Assembly: GCA_039934065.1 (NCBI GenBank)
Contig: JBDTMW010000001.1
Location: 1-45,231 of the forward strand
Source of the DNA: Actinomycetota bacterium
GTDB taxonomy: Bacteria; Actinomycetota; Actinomycetes; Actinomycetales; Dermatophilaceae
Direction of reading: 5' to 3'
Length of the DNA: 45,231 nucleotides
The notes beneath the pieces are model-generated. The model saw only the letters and a list, made by a program, of their open reading frames with translations, ran no database searches and was not told the origin of the DNA. The translations under genes were made by a program, and so were the position numbers. This document shows, in pieces, positions 1 to 10,800 of this stretch. The first letter of the stretch is position 1, and every line of letters starts with the position of its first letter.

Positions 1-1
1 C

Positions 2-508
2 ACCGGCCGCTTCACCAGCCCCGACCCCGAACCAGGCGGCAACCCCACCGCCTACACCTACCCCACCGACCCCATCAACATGTTCGACCTCGACGGCCAC
101 TGGGGGATCAGCAAGAAGTGGAAGGAGCGATTTGGCCGTGCTGCGGGTGGTCTGAGCTGGGCAAGTCATATCGTCGGCTACTGCCCCCTTGCCCAGTGCC
201 AAGCTGCCTCCCTTGGCCTCGGACTCGCGAGCGCAGGTGCTTACGCTTTCTCAGGCCAGCGGTCCAAGGCTCGAAGCCAACTGGCCAGCACCGTCTGGAG
301 TGTCGCAACGGGCGGTAGGGGCAAGTGGGTCAAGGCGTCGTCGCGTTTCAGCAAGGTGAACACTCGCTTTGGCGGTCTCAACGGGCTTGCTCATCGCTCC
401 TACAGCCGGAAGAAAGTCCCGGATTCGGTCAGAATCTCTAGAGAGCGGAGCCAAGCGCTCCTTGGTGCTGGGTTGAACCACCTCGGCGGCTACATGGGAC
501 AATACTGA
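2..508 (+). CDS. C-terminal end of an RHS/YD-repeat polymorphic toxin (5' partial; variable toxin tip of unknown family)
   Basis: Frame 2 is open from the window edge and reads TGRFTSPDPEPGGNPTAYTYPTDPINMFDLDGHW. This is the conserved end of an RHS core (GRFxSxDP...NxYxYxxxPxNxxDxxG). It is followed by ~135 aa of unrelated Gly/Ala/Ser/Lys-rich sequence ending at TGA 506-508. The ORF track shows only the part after internal Met 80. Confidence 0.8.
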   Translation, partial: TGRFTSPDPEPGGNPTAYTYPTDPINMFDLDGHWGISKKWKERFGRAAGGLSWASHIVGYCPLAQCQAASLGLGLASAGAYAFSGQRSKARSQLASTVWSVATGGRGKWVKASSRFSKVNTRFGGLNGLAHRSYSRKKVPDSVRISRERSQALLGAGLNHLGGYMGQY

Positions 509-527
509 TGTCTCGTTGGGAGAGTGC

Positions 528-998
528 ATGAGTAGACAGAGCGAGCAGCGTCTCCGTAGGGCTACCAGTCCTAGTCTAGGAGACGGTGTTGTTGCGGGGG
601 CACTGTGTGGGGCGTTCGGAGCTGCCGGTACATGGGCTGTCTCCGGAGGCAACGCCTTGGCCTCGGTGATCGTTGCGGTCGCGACTGGTGGCCTCTTGGT
701 GACGCTTTCTGTACTCACGGGCAGGCAGCTCTGGGTAGAGGGAGACTCGGTGCGCGAGAAGTGGCGCCAGGGACATCAATCCATAGCCCTGTCGGATATT
801 CAACTCATCTGGGTTAACTACTTGCCGCGTGTCGGTTGGCGCCTGAACATTGACGGGGTCCATGGTGAGGCAATCTGCAACGTCGCCGTCGATCGCGGCA
901 CTCAAGAATTTCGCCGGGAGTTGGCGAAGAGGCTTGATGAAGTCGGAAACACGAAGGTCTTCGCCGACGAACGAGCTGCCAAGGCGTTGAAAGAGTGA
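528..998 (+). CDS. Candidate cognate immunity protein: two TM helices plus a ~90-aa soluble (PH-like?) domain
   Basis: The ORF starts 20 nt after the toxin stop (ATG 528 preceded by GGGAGAG; TTG 516 is an alternative). Hydrophobic segments VVAGALCGAFGAAGTWAV and ALASVIVAVATGGLLVTLSVL are followed by a charged domain (WVEGDSVREKWRQGHQSIALSDIQLIWVNY...). The immunity call rests on position immediately after a polymorphic-toxin tip. Confidence 0.55.
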   Translation: MSRQSEQRLRRATSPSLGDGVVAGALCGAFGAAGTWAVSGGNALASVIVAVATGGLLVTLSVLTGRQLWVEGDSVREKWRQGHQSIALSDIQLIWVNYLPRVGWRLNIDGVHGEAICNVAVDRGTQEFRRELAKRLDEVGNTKVFADERAAKALKE

Positions 999-1219
999 CC
1001 AAGCCACAACCGCCTTCAGCCACATGGACCCTGCTCTGCAACTTCCTTACCTCAGAGGGAAATCACGGGCCCTTCACTGGATCAATGACCCTCCTCGGGA
1101 TCGGCGGAGGAGTCATCGGCGCGCTAGTTGGCGCCGCAGCTGGGCCGGCAACGACTACGACCAGGGTGCCCCCAGTTCCGGGAACTCCGCCACCGGTGTC
1201 GGGTACCGACTGCCCATGA
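995..1219 (+). CDS. Hypothetical small membrane protein, or debris of a larger decayed gene
   Basis: GTG 995 overlaps the upstream stop (GTGA). The 74-aa product has one Gly/Ala hydrophobic segment (LLGIGGGVIGALVGAAAG) and a Pro/Thr tail. It is in the same frame as the RHS remnant downstream, separated only by TGA-CGG-TGA (1217-1225). Confidence 0.25.
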   Translation: MTKPQPPSATWTLLCNFLTSEGNHGPFTGSMTLLGIGGGVIGALVGAAAGPATTTTRVPPVPGTPPPVSGTDCP

Positions 1220-1225
1220 CGGTGA

Positions 1226-1543
1226 CCCTCTCGGCGGCCGACCCGAGCACCGGCCCCGACCGACCTCGGTTGGTTCCTGTGTGCGGCCACAATTACGACC
1301 AAGGACATGGACCTCTCCGGGGACATCACCACCGCGGCCAGGTTCGACGACCAGGGGCGCAGCGTGGAGTCCCGCCAGCCCTCGGCCACCGGGACCGACG
1401 CCGGCACCGTCGTCGACCGCTGGAGTCGAGGGTGAACGTGGTGCTCGTCCCGGCCTGGGTAAGCCCTCGGCCAAGCCACGACCACCCGATACGCCGAGTC
1501 CATCGGCGGCGACCTCGGCACCAGGATCAACGGCCCGTCATGA
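1226..1543 (+). pseudogene. Decayed RHS-repeat core fragment (frameshifted, no start)
   Basis: Frame 2 (1226-1435) reads ...ITTKDMDLSGDITTAARFDDQGRSVESRQPSATGTDAGTVVDRW, a typical YD/RHS repeat (xxFDxxGRxxxxxxP), then hits TGA at 1433-1435. Protein-like sequence continues in other frames (..TTTRYAESIGGDLGTRINGPS, stop near 1541). There is no start codon or N-terminal part. Confidence 0.6.
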
Positions 1544-1589
1544 TTAAGCGGGCCGCGGTCCGTTGTCATGTGACGCTCCCCTGCTGGGG

Positions 1590-1611
1590 CCAGTACACAG
1601 CCAGTACACAA
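1590..1611. repeat. Tandem 11-nt direct repeat (ccagtacacag / ccagtacacaa)
   Basis: Two adjacent copies (1590-1600 and 1601-1611), read directly, in the non-coding low-GC stretch left of the tRNA fragment. Confidence 0.9.
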
Positions 1612-1646
1612 GAAGTCCGTTGACGGCACTCAGCCACCGTTACCCT

Positions 1647-1706
1647 CAACGACGCAACGTGAGCAATAGCAACGCTTTACACGACTATCAACGACCACCA
1701 ACGACC
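1647..1706. repeat. Short direct repeats CAACGAC(C), three copies; candidate recombinase arm-type sites
   Basis: CAACGAC at 1647-1653. CAACGACC at 1689-1696 and 1699-1706, with exact 10-bp phasing. Looser CAACG copies at 1655 and 1670. The repeats end about 12 nt left of the tRNA 3'-half. Confidence 0.5.
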
Positions 1707-1717
1707 CAGACAATGAT

Positions 1718-1759
1718 CTCATAATCCGTCGGTCCAGGGTTCAAGCCCCTGCTGCCCCA
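1718..1759 (+). other. tRNA 3'-half fragment (anticodon loop CTCATAA to discriminator); candidate att scar, not a functional tRNA
   Basis: Layout is ctcataa | tccgt | cggtc | CAGGG-TTCAAGC-CCCTG | ctgcccc | a. This gives a perfect 5-bp T-stem with a canonical TTCAANN loop, a 7-nt acceptor 3' strand and correct tRNA spacing from positions 32 to 73. No matching 5' acceptor strand (ggggcag), D-arm or proper 5' anticodon stem lies upstream. Confidence 0.7.
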
Positions 1760-1824
1760 CTATTTCGAACGCTTTGCGAAGCGACGGCCCGTGGCCGGCC
1801 GGCGACAGTGACGTCCCCGGCCGG

Positions 1825-4800
1825 TCAGTCACTGCAGGACACCGGATCGTCGAAGTGCCCCGGGGTCGTGGGGTACGCCGAGCCAGCAGCGTGCGCGTTG
1901 TCGGCACCGGGGTAGACCATCGCGAGCTCACGGAACGCCGACGTACCCGGGGTCGACGAGTCGGTCGAGCTTCGCCCGGCCGAGCTTCCCCAGGCGAGCT
2001 GCTGCAGGAACGCCTGCATCGCCGGCGAGTGCTGCCGCACGTCGTTGAAGCCGCCGTACGCCGCGTTGCAGTGGGTGTAGAGGTTGTAGGCGCCGTTCCA
2101 GTCGAGCAGCCGGTCGCCGGGGTTGGGTCCGTTGGCAGCCACGTCGCCTTGCAGGATGTCGCGGTCCCAGCCGCCGTAGAGCCAGTCGGTCCCCTGGTGG
2201 TGCTGGTTGTTGACCAACGACGCCGGGTTCGACGTGTCGTCGTACTTGTTCGTCATGACGAACCAGGAGCACGGATCGACGGTCACGAGCGACTTCTTGC
2301 TGCCGGAGGTCACCGGCCAGTCTCCCGTCGCGCAGCCGGAGCCGGGCACGTACGTGCCCCGCGGGTTGAAGTCGAGCAGGTCGCTGCCGAGGACGCCGGC
2401 GAGCGACGCAGCCGACGTCCCACCAGTGCCACCGAAGACGTGGTCGACGAAGCGGTCGTTGGTGCCGCGGGCGGTCGGGTCGAACGTGTTCGTCCCGGTC
2501 AGCATGCAGTCGGAGGTTGCGGCGTCGGCGATTGGGTCGCAGCCCTTGCCGCCCCAGAGCACGTCCGCGCCGTCGTCGCCGAACACCTGGTCGCCGCCGC
2601 TGTCGCCGTTGGCCAGGTCGTCACCGTATCCGGCGTGGATGGAGTCGTTGCCCATGCCGCCGCGGATTCGGTCGTTCCCGCCTTCCGTGATGCCGTCGTG
2701 CGGCATCGCCGCCGAGGTCGAGGTGCCGATCCAGGTGTTGCCGTCGGTGTCGTGACGCAGATCGACGAACCGGGCGTAGGACCCGGTGGCGAAGCCCGTG
2801 TACGACTCCTTGGGCGGACTGTTGGTCGACACGGTGAATGACATGGTGTTGGCGTCCGAGGCGTTGATGTACCTGTCGATCACACCGCCGCGATCGCCGA
2901 GCAGGGCATCCTCGCCCGCGTCCCCGTAGAGGACGTCGTTGCCGAGCTCGCCATAGATGTCGTCGTTGCCGTCCCCACCACGGATGGTGTCGTTGCCGTC
3001 TTGGCCCCAGAGTCCGTCGTTGCCGGCGTCGCCATAGATCACGTCGTCGCCGAAGGTTCCGGTGGGCTCGCACGTGGAGCCGCCGGCTGCGCAGAATCGC
3101 GTGGGCACACCGGTGAAACCGCTCGTGCGGATCGTCGTCGCGTCGGCCGGCAGTGCGCCGCTCGGGTAGCGCTCGGCGTAGACCGCGTCACGCTGGACAC
3201 CGGCGATCGTGGTCACGGTGCGGACCATGCGTCCGTTGTCACCGAGCACCGCGTCGTCGCCACCGTCACCCTCGATCGTGTCGCCCGCGTCGCGGAACGA
3301 CGGGATCGAGGCACCGCCGACGATGTCGTCCTGCCCGTCAAGAGCGGACCCCTCCAGGGTCGAGGCATCCGATGCCGAGCCGGGCCAGGACCCGGACAGG
3401 GGTACGACGGTGGTCTCGGTCGAGACTACTGAGAGTGGTAGGTCGCCGCGGATGACGTCCGCGCCGCCGTCGCCCTCGAGGTAGTCGGCGCCGCCGCCGC
3501 CGCTGATGTAGTCGGTCTTGTCCTGGCCGAAGACCAGGTCGTTGCCCGAACCCCCGGACAGCTGGTCCGAGCCGCTGCGGTCTTCGGGAGGGGCGGTGAG
3601 GTAGCTCCCACCGTTGCGCAGGTCGAAGAGCTGGATCTGTCGCGGCGTCATGAGTCCCGCCGCACCCATGCGAAGGGTCACCCGTGACGGAGTGCCGGTG
3701 CGCAGGATCGCGCCGTTGTCGCCGAGCACGACATCGTCGCCGGGGCCGCCCCAGATCGCGTCGTCGGTGTCGGCCTGGCCGCCGGCTGTGTCGGTGCCCG
3801 CCGTACCGGAGAGCGGGGTGGTCGACCCGCCGACGAGGTCGTCGTCGCCGAGGTCGCCCTCGACCCAGTCGCTTCCCTGGTCGCCCTCGACGGCGTCGTC
3901 CCCGGCGTCGCCCTTGAGCCGGTCGTCCCCGCCCTGTCCGTAGATGACGTCGTTGCCACCGCCGCCGCTGATGTCGTCGGCCCCCGAGGTTCCGGCTGTG
4001 GGTGTGAGGCCGAGGTCGAGCAGGGTGACGTCGTAGCCCGAGGCGAAGCCGCGCCCGAGCGTCACCGGGGTGCCAGTGCCGGCAGCGACCGCGGTGAGGA
4101 CGGCGTTGTCCCCCGTGATCAGGTCGTTGCCGTCGCCACCGCTGATGACGTCGTCGGAGTCGGGGCGTCCCACACCGTCCGATGCCGACTCGGTGCTGCC
4201 GCCGACAAGTCGGTCCTCGCCGGCATCGCCGTTGATCCGGTCGGCGCCGTTGTTGCCCTCGAACCAGTCGTTCCCGGCCCCGCCGTACATGGTGTCGGCG
4301 TCCAGGCCGCCGAAGGCCCGGTCGTTGCCGTCGCCCCCGTAGATCAGGTCCCGCGCCCCATAGCTGGCGATGCCGCTGCCGAGGTCGTATGCCGAAGGCT
4401 CAGTCAGCCCGCCGACGACACCGATCCCGTTGTCGCCGATGAGAGTGTCGTCCCCGGCGTCGCCGAACAGGGTGTCTCCCAGCGCTGGCGTCGGGACCGG
4501 TCCGACGTCCTGCCGTGCAGGGGCGCGGGTGCCACCGACGACGAGGTCGTCGCCGGTGCCGCCGAACTCGGTGTCGGCGCCGTCGTTGCCTTCGAGCACG
4601 TCGGTGCCGTCGCCACCGTAGAGGACGTCCTGGCCATCGTTGCCGTAGACGTGGTCATCGCCGTTGTCACCGGTGATGACGTCGTCGCTGGTTCCGCCGT
4701 ACCCGACGTCGTTGCCGTCGCCCAGGTAGAGGTGGTCGCTGCCCATCTGTCCGCACACGAGGTCGTTGCCGCCGCTGGCGTAGACGGTGTCGTCGCCCGC

Positions 4801-7800
4801 ACCGGCAGCCACGACGTCGATGCCTGAGCCGCCGATGATCAGGTCGTTGCCCGGTGAACCGGTCGAGGCCTCGGACGGCGGGTCGGACTGCGGGTCCGAG
4901 ACGGGTACGGTGCAGGGCGACTCGTGTCGGTCGCCGAAGATGTCGGCGCCGCCGTTGCCACCGTAGATGCGGTCAGCGTCGTCGCCGCCCACGAGGAGCT
5001 TGTGCGACGGGTCCGTGCCGACGGGCAGCGGTAGGAGGGTCGGGACTCCGCCGTCGACCTGGGACGGCTCGGCGAGGACGAGGTCCTGGCCGGATCCGCC
5101 GAAGACCTGGTCTTGCCCGTAGCCGCCCGCGAGTATGTCGTCGTTCGCCCCGCCGTAGATCGTGTCGACCTGGTCGGGCTTGGAGTGGCCAGCCACGTTG
5201 TCGCGCCCGAGAGCTCCGTAGACGGTGTCGTTCCCGGTGCCGGTGTCGATCGTGTTCACGTCACCCGAGGAGTCACCCGTACCCGGGCCGTCCTCGGCGG
5301 TGGCCGTCTCGTCGCCGGCGTAGAGCGTGTCGTTGCCCGAGCCTGCCGAGATGTGGTCGCTGCCGCCACCGCCGACGACGGTCACCGAGCGCGAGGAGTA
5401 CGCCGGATCCGGTGTCGACGCGCCGAGCGGGTTGTCGGACGCGACGCCGATGGCGTCGTTGCCGGCACCGCCGTACACGATGTCGTGACCGAGCCCGACG
5501 GCGATCGTGTCGTCGCCGTCGCTGCCGGGGTTGTCGGCGGTCGAGCCCATGGCCGGTCCGGTGGCGAACGGTGTGGTCCAGTCGAACACCGTGGTGGGCC
5601 CGGAGAGGGTCTTGCCGGCCCAGGTGAGCGAGGAGTCCCCGGAGACCCGGTCGTCCCCACCGCCGGTGGTGATCTGGTCGTTGCCAGGTCCGCCGGCGAC
5701 CACGACGGAGGGTGGGCTGTCACCGGCCGGCATGCCGATCGGCCGGATGTCGCCGGTGGTGATCTGGTCGTTGCCGGGTCCGCCGTCGACATAGGAGCGG
5801 CCCTGCCCGGTGCGGATCACGTCGGGACCGTTGCCGCCGAACACGACGACGTCCTTGTCGAACGGGGACGAGGCGACGTTCGACTTGTCGGACCCGTCGG
5901 TCTTGGTCGTGTCGCCGTCACCCTGGAACGTGAGCGCCAGCGCGCCGGGAAAACCGTGCCCGTCGACGAGGACCCTGTCGACGGTGACGCCGGTGCGGGT
6001 GCTGAACTCCTGGCGGTCACCTGCAGCGGCGACCGAGAAGCCGATGAAGGGATGGGCGTCGGTCGTCCAGTCGTGCAGCTCGGTGACCACGACCTTGTCG
6101 ACCACGTCGCCGGACCCACCGAGGTTGTACGCAGGGTCGCCGCGCAGGTTGCCGCCGCCGCCACCCGCCACGGTCGCCGTCGCGAGTCGTCCGGCATGCA
6201 CGATGAGCACGCCGTTCTGGTCCTCGCCGAGCACCGGTGGTGGGGGGGTGCAGTCGGGGGTCGCGCTGAAGTCGAGCAGGGTGATGTTCGCGAGGTTGAG
6301 GTCGAAGGACACCGAGAACGGCGAGATGCCGACGGTGACATAGAGCTTGAGGTAGAGCCCGAGCCGGCCGCTCACGGTGAACAGGCAGATCGGGTTGTTG
6401 AGGGCCGCGTCGGTGAACTCGCCGAAACGGAACTTGCCGTCGTTGGTCGGGTCGTTCCAGCTGAATCCGACCGTGAGGGTGATGCCACCCTCGATGCCGA
6501 CCGTGAGGATCAGCACGCTGACCTGAGCGCCGGCGCCGATGCTGCCGCTGAACTGCAGCACCTGCAGCGGGGTGCCGTCATCGTTCTTCGTCCCGAGGTA
6601 GAGGCTGTCCAGGATGCCGATGTCGACCTTGCCGCTCTCCACGGCCTTGCGGATCCCGTAGGTGTCGAACCCCGCCTTGATGTGCGCAGTCACGCTGGCC
6701 GATCCCGAGATGGTGACGAGCACCGGCGGCGGCGCGTAGACCGGGCCGAAGGCCTGACTGTAGGAGAACGCCAGCGTGAGCGGCCCGGAGTCGAACGTCA
6801 CGAGGTCGACGTCCTGGCCCATGATCAGGCCGAACGCCTTCTTCGGGTCCTCGAGGAGCGGGAACTTGAAGCCGGCCTTGTCGCCCTGGCTGCCGGCTCC
6901 GGTCACGATGTTCTTCGAACCGGAGTCCGACTTGGCGTTGACTTCGGTCGCGGCGTTGACGTTCGGCGTGGAATTGTCGATGAGTGAGGGGGCCGCATCC
7001 GGCGTGTTCTGCGTCGAGAGCGCCTCGGGGCCGAGGACGTCGAAGTGACCGAGATCGATCGTCCCGTTTCCGGACAGCGTCTTGTTGGCCAGGGTGACCG
7101 CCGCCAGGACGCGGTCGACGAACGTCAGGTCCGGACCGCCCGCGAGCGAGCTGTAGGCCTTGGCGATGCTCACGAGCGTGACATCGGGCCCTCCGACCAT
7201 GTGGCTGAGGTCGCTGAGCACCGGGATCGGGGCGTACAACGTGTCGATGATGGGCTGCAGCGGCCCGGTGATGCTCTTGACCTCCTTGAAGATCGGTCCG
7301 AGCGTCTTGTCGAGGAAGGGGCCGACCTCGAGGTAGAGGTGCGGGAAGGTGATGATCAGGCCGGTGGTCTTCGAGGGTGCGTCGCCGACGGCGAACGCCC
7401 AGTCGAGGATGAACTGCCCGGAGATTCCGGGGAGCGTCGGGTCGATGCCCGCGTCGAAGTCCCAGTTGATGTGGATGCCGCCGTAGAGCCCGACGTTCAC
7501 GTGGTCGGTGAGGTCGGCGAGCTCGGCGAGGTTGATGACCTTGGTGTTGTCGGTCGCGCATGCGAGGTCGGCGGCGACCCAGGTCCAGCAGGTCGTGTCG
7601 CCGGTCGACTTGAGGTCGACGCCGAACGTTCCGCCGAACAGGACGTCGCTGTCGACCCCGCTGTGGTTCTTGATGTTGGCCTGCAGGAACGCCACGCGCG
7701 CCTTTAGCTGACCGGGCAGCTTGAGGCTGACGCCGACCTGGAGCTCGGGGACTGGCCGGGCGCCGTCCTTGGTGTAGATGACGAAGCCGTCGTCCTTGTT

Positions 7801-10800
7801 CAGGCCGAACTTCAGGTGGATCCGGTAGCCGAGCTCGACCTTGACCTGGCGGTCGGCGGGGTTGTCGCCGTTGGCCGAGAACGACAGTCCGGGGATGCCG
7901 ATGTCAAGCGGCACGGACGCGAGGGTGGTGCAGTTCGTGGCGCAGCCGCCAGCCGGTGCCGGTGCGAACGTGACGGCGGAGTTGCTCAGGATGTCGACGG
8001 CGAAGTCGACGCCGGTGATGTCCTCGGACGGCACGTCGTCGGTGCACCCGGTGACGGTGACGGTGACCGACGTGGTCGTGTAGCCCGCAACCAGCACATT
8101 GGCCGGGACGGAGTCCTTGTCGTCATAGAACGTCGTCGCGTTGCCGGTCAGTACGGCCAGCTCGTCCCAACCGGTTCCGTTCCTCCGCATGACGCGGTAG
8201 TCGGTGGCGCCGACGACCTTGTCCCACGTGAGGTGGTTGTAGTCGGTCGAGGTCAGCGTCGCAGCCCCGGTTTCGGTCACGACCGGGTCTGAGATCGCGG
8301 TGTCGGTACCGCTCTGGCTCGCGACGACGGCGTACTCGTAATGCGTGGTGCCCGCGGTCCCCTCGTTCGTCACCGCCAGGTTGGTCGCCTTATCCAGGAC
8401 CAGGCTGCAGTGCGCTCTGACCGTCACGGGGTAGCCGAGGGCGTTGGTGAGAGTGGTGCTGCCCCAGGCGTTGAGCGTGCTGATCGAGTCGATGCCGCCC
8501 GCACTGCCCAGGGCCGTCTGGAACTTGCCCCGGACGTCGCCGATGAAGTTGGCGCCCTTCTGCACGTCGTCGCCGACGAGCGGGAGCTTGCCGTTGGCGC
8601 TGGCCAGACGCAGGCCGGACTCGAGCATGGCGAGATAGCGGTCGATGCCGTCGCCCATCGACCCGAAGTCGAGGATCGCGCTGGCGATCTTGCTGGCGAG
8701 GTTGCTCGGGATCTCCAGCCGGTCGGCGCCGTCGACCAGCGCCCCGCCGAGGTCGAACAGGCCGGAGAGGGTGCTCGTACGCGGCAGGCGGACGTTGATC
8801 GAGTAGACGGTCGGGTCGATCTTTGTCCAGCCGCCGCCGGAGCTGACGTAGATCGGCAGGTGCGCGCACAGAGCCATTCCGGCCTGCTCGACGCCGGTGC
8901 CGCACGTGACTGGGTCCGAGGTGGTGTCCATCGTGGCGGTGAGGCCGCCGACGAACGTGTCGAGACCGACGGGCGAGGCACCGGACGAGGCGAGGGTCGC
9001 GCCGTAGTTCGCGTGTGCCTGGGCCTTGTCGGTCGTGCTCGGGTCGCCCAGGGAGATCGCGAGCGGACCGACGTTCGCGCCGACGGTGAAGCTGGCGGCA
9101 TCCGCCTTCACCTCGACGGTCACCGACGACTTGGTGGGGTCGGGGTCGACCTTGAGGTCGGCCGGGGATGCCGGCCCGCTCCCGGCCGCGAGGGGCAGCA
9201 GGAGCCGCACCTTGGCCTCGCCGGTGACGGAGACGGCCACCGTGCCGTCGACCTGGGCGCCGACGACGTCCTTGGGGATGCCGGCCTTGGCGAGGTCGAG
9301 CGTCACCGCGGTCTGGGTCTTCTCGGTGTGCTTCCAGTCGACGTCGAGCACGATCTTCGCGGGTGAGCCGGCTGCGTAGCCGAGGGTGACGGGGCTGCCC
9401 GCACCGAGAGCGCCTTGCAGTGCGGCGATCATCGCCTGCAGGCTGTCGGGCGGGTTGGCGGCGAGCCGGTCGAGCGCGTCGGAGAGCGCGCTGCGGAAGG
9501 TGTACGGCGTGCCGTCGGCCGGCTTGTTCGGCCCGAACCCGGGGGTCAGCGAGAGCGTGTGGTCCGTGTGCGACGTCACGACGCCGACGTACGTGCCGAC
9601 GACGACCGCGCGACCGCACCACGTGTCGACGTGGCCCGCCGTGCAGCTCGCGCTGCCGAAGGACTGGTCGGTGTCGGTGAGAGCGTCGGTGCCGTAGGTG
9701 GTTTGCTTGCCGTCGGACGACGACGCGGTGCCGATCAGGTCGCGCAGGTTCTTGCCGACGACGGGGATCTTGGTGCCGAGCATCGACTCCGTCGCGCCGC
9801 TCGCGTGCAGCCCCTCGAGCTGGGTGTCGACGAGGCGAAGCGCCTTGAGCAGCTGACCGAACAGCTGCGTGGGGTTGTCCGGGTTGAAGTCGAACGCCTT
9901 GACCGGGTCGAAGCCCGAGACGACCGGCGAGACGACGGAGGGCTTGCGCAGGTCGTCCATCGACAGCGTGGCGCTCATCGCCGGGAAGTCGCCTCCGCCC
10001 GCGCCCGGAACCGTCGCCGAGAGCGAGGCATAGGCGCGCGCGTTGACGTCGCCGTCGAGCAACTGGGTGGGGTCGTGGGCGAGCAGCGCGAACACCTGGT
10101 CCAGCGGGAGGTCACCCTTGTCCTTGAGACTGAGGGTGACCATGTCCGTCGGGTCGCCCGCCCCGGCGCAGTCGGTCCCCGTGATGGAGCGTGAGCACAT
10201 CCGCAGATCGCCGGTGAGGTGCACGAGCAGGTAGCCGACCGTCACGTCCATGGAGACGGTCGTCGAGGCCCTGAAGCCCGCCGAGAGCAGCGGAACGCCG
10301 GTGCCCGTGTGGAGCAGGATGCGGTCGACGTTCGCCGGCTGCTCGCTGATCACGGTCGTCGAGCCGTCGAGGTTCTTGCGCTTGTACGGGCAGGCCGTCG
10401 ACGGGTCGGCCGGATCCTTGAGCGCGTCGGCTGCGGGGTTGCAGCCCGCTCCGGTCTTCGGGTCCTGAAGGTCGAGGGCCACGGTCAGTTGCGCGTCGTA
10501 CGCCGGCCGCACGGTGGCCGTCGCGGTGGCTGCGTTCGCCTGTGCGACGCCGGCACCCTTGAGCCAGTCCCCGAACTGCGCCCGCCCGGTCAGCGGGTCG
10601 GCGGCGCGCACGACGTACGCGTCGTGGGGCTGCGGGAGCGGGGGCGGACCGCTCCAGGGTCCGGTGAGAGTGATCTTGGTCGCGGTGTTCGACTTCACGG
10701 TGCCCTTGCTCGTGCCGACGACGACCTCGCGGCCCTGGAACGCGTTGGGCGCGAAGGACTGCGCGGTATCCAGCAGCGTGTCCGGACCGTAGGTGATCGT

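Noticed and set aside
1718-1759. Possible functional tRNA-Met/Ile2 (CAT)
   Set aside because: Only the 3' 42 nt are tRNA-like. There is no 5' acceptor strand or D-arm, the 5' anticodon stem does not pair, and no CCA is present.
1774-2841. 355-aa plus-strand ORF antisense to the 3' end of the giant gene
   Set aside because: Its Arg/Gly/Val/Pro-rich, low-complexity translation is typical of off-frame reading of high-GC DNA. It is fully embedded in a gene with clear domain content on the other strand.
5113-6987. 624-aa plus-strand ORF, plus many others (5382-5792, 6578-7561, 8341-9366, 8390-9622, 9415-10194, 10219-11325, 10793-11869 and more) inside the giant gene
   Set aside because: All are alternate or antisense frames of the 1825-12186 CDS. 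Their compositions are dominated by R/G/P/A/D with no motifs. Long spurious ORFs are expected where stop codons are rare.
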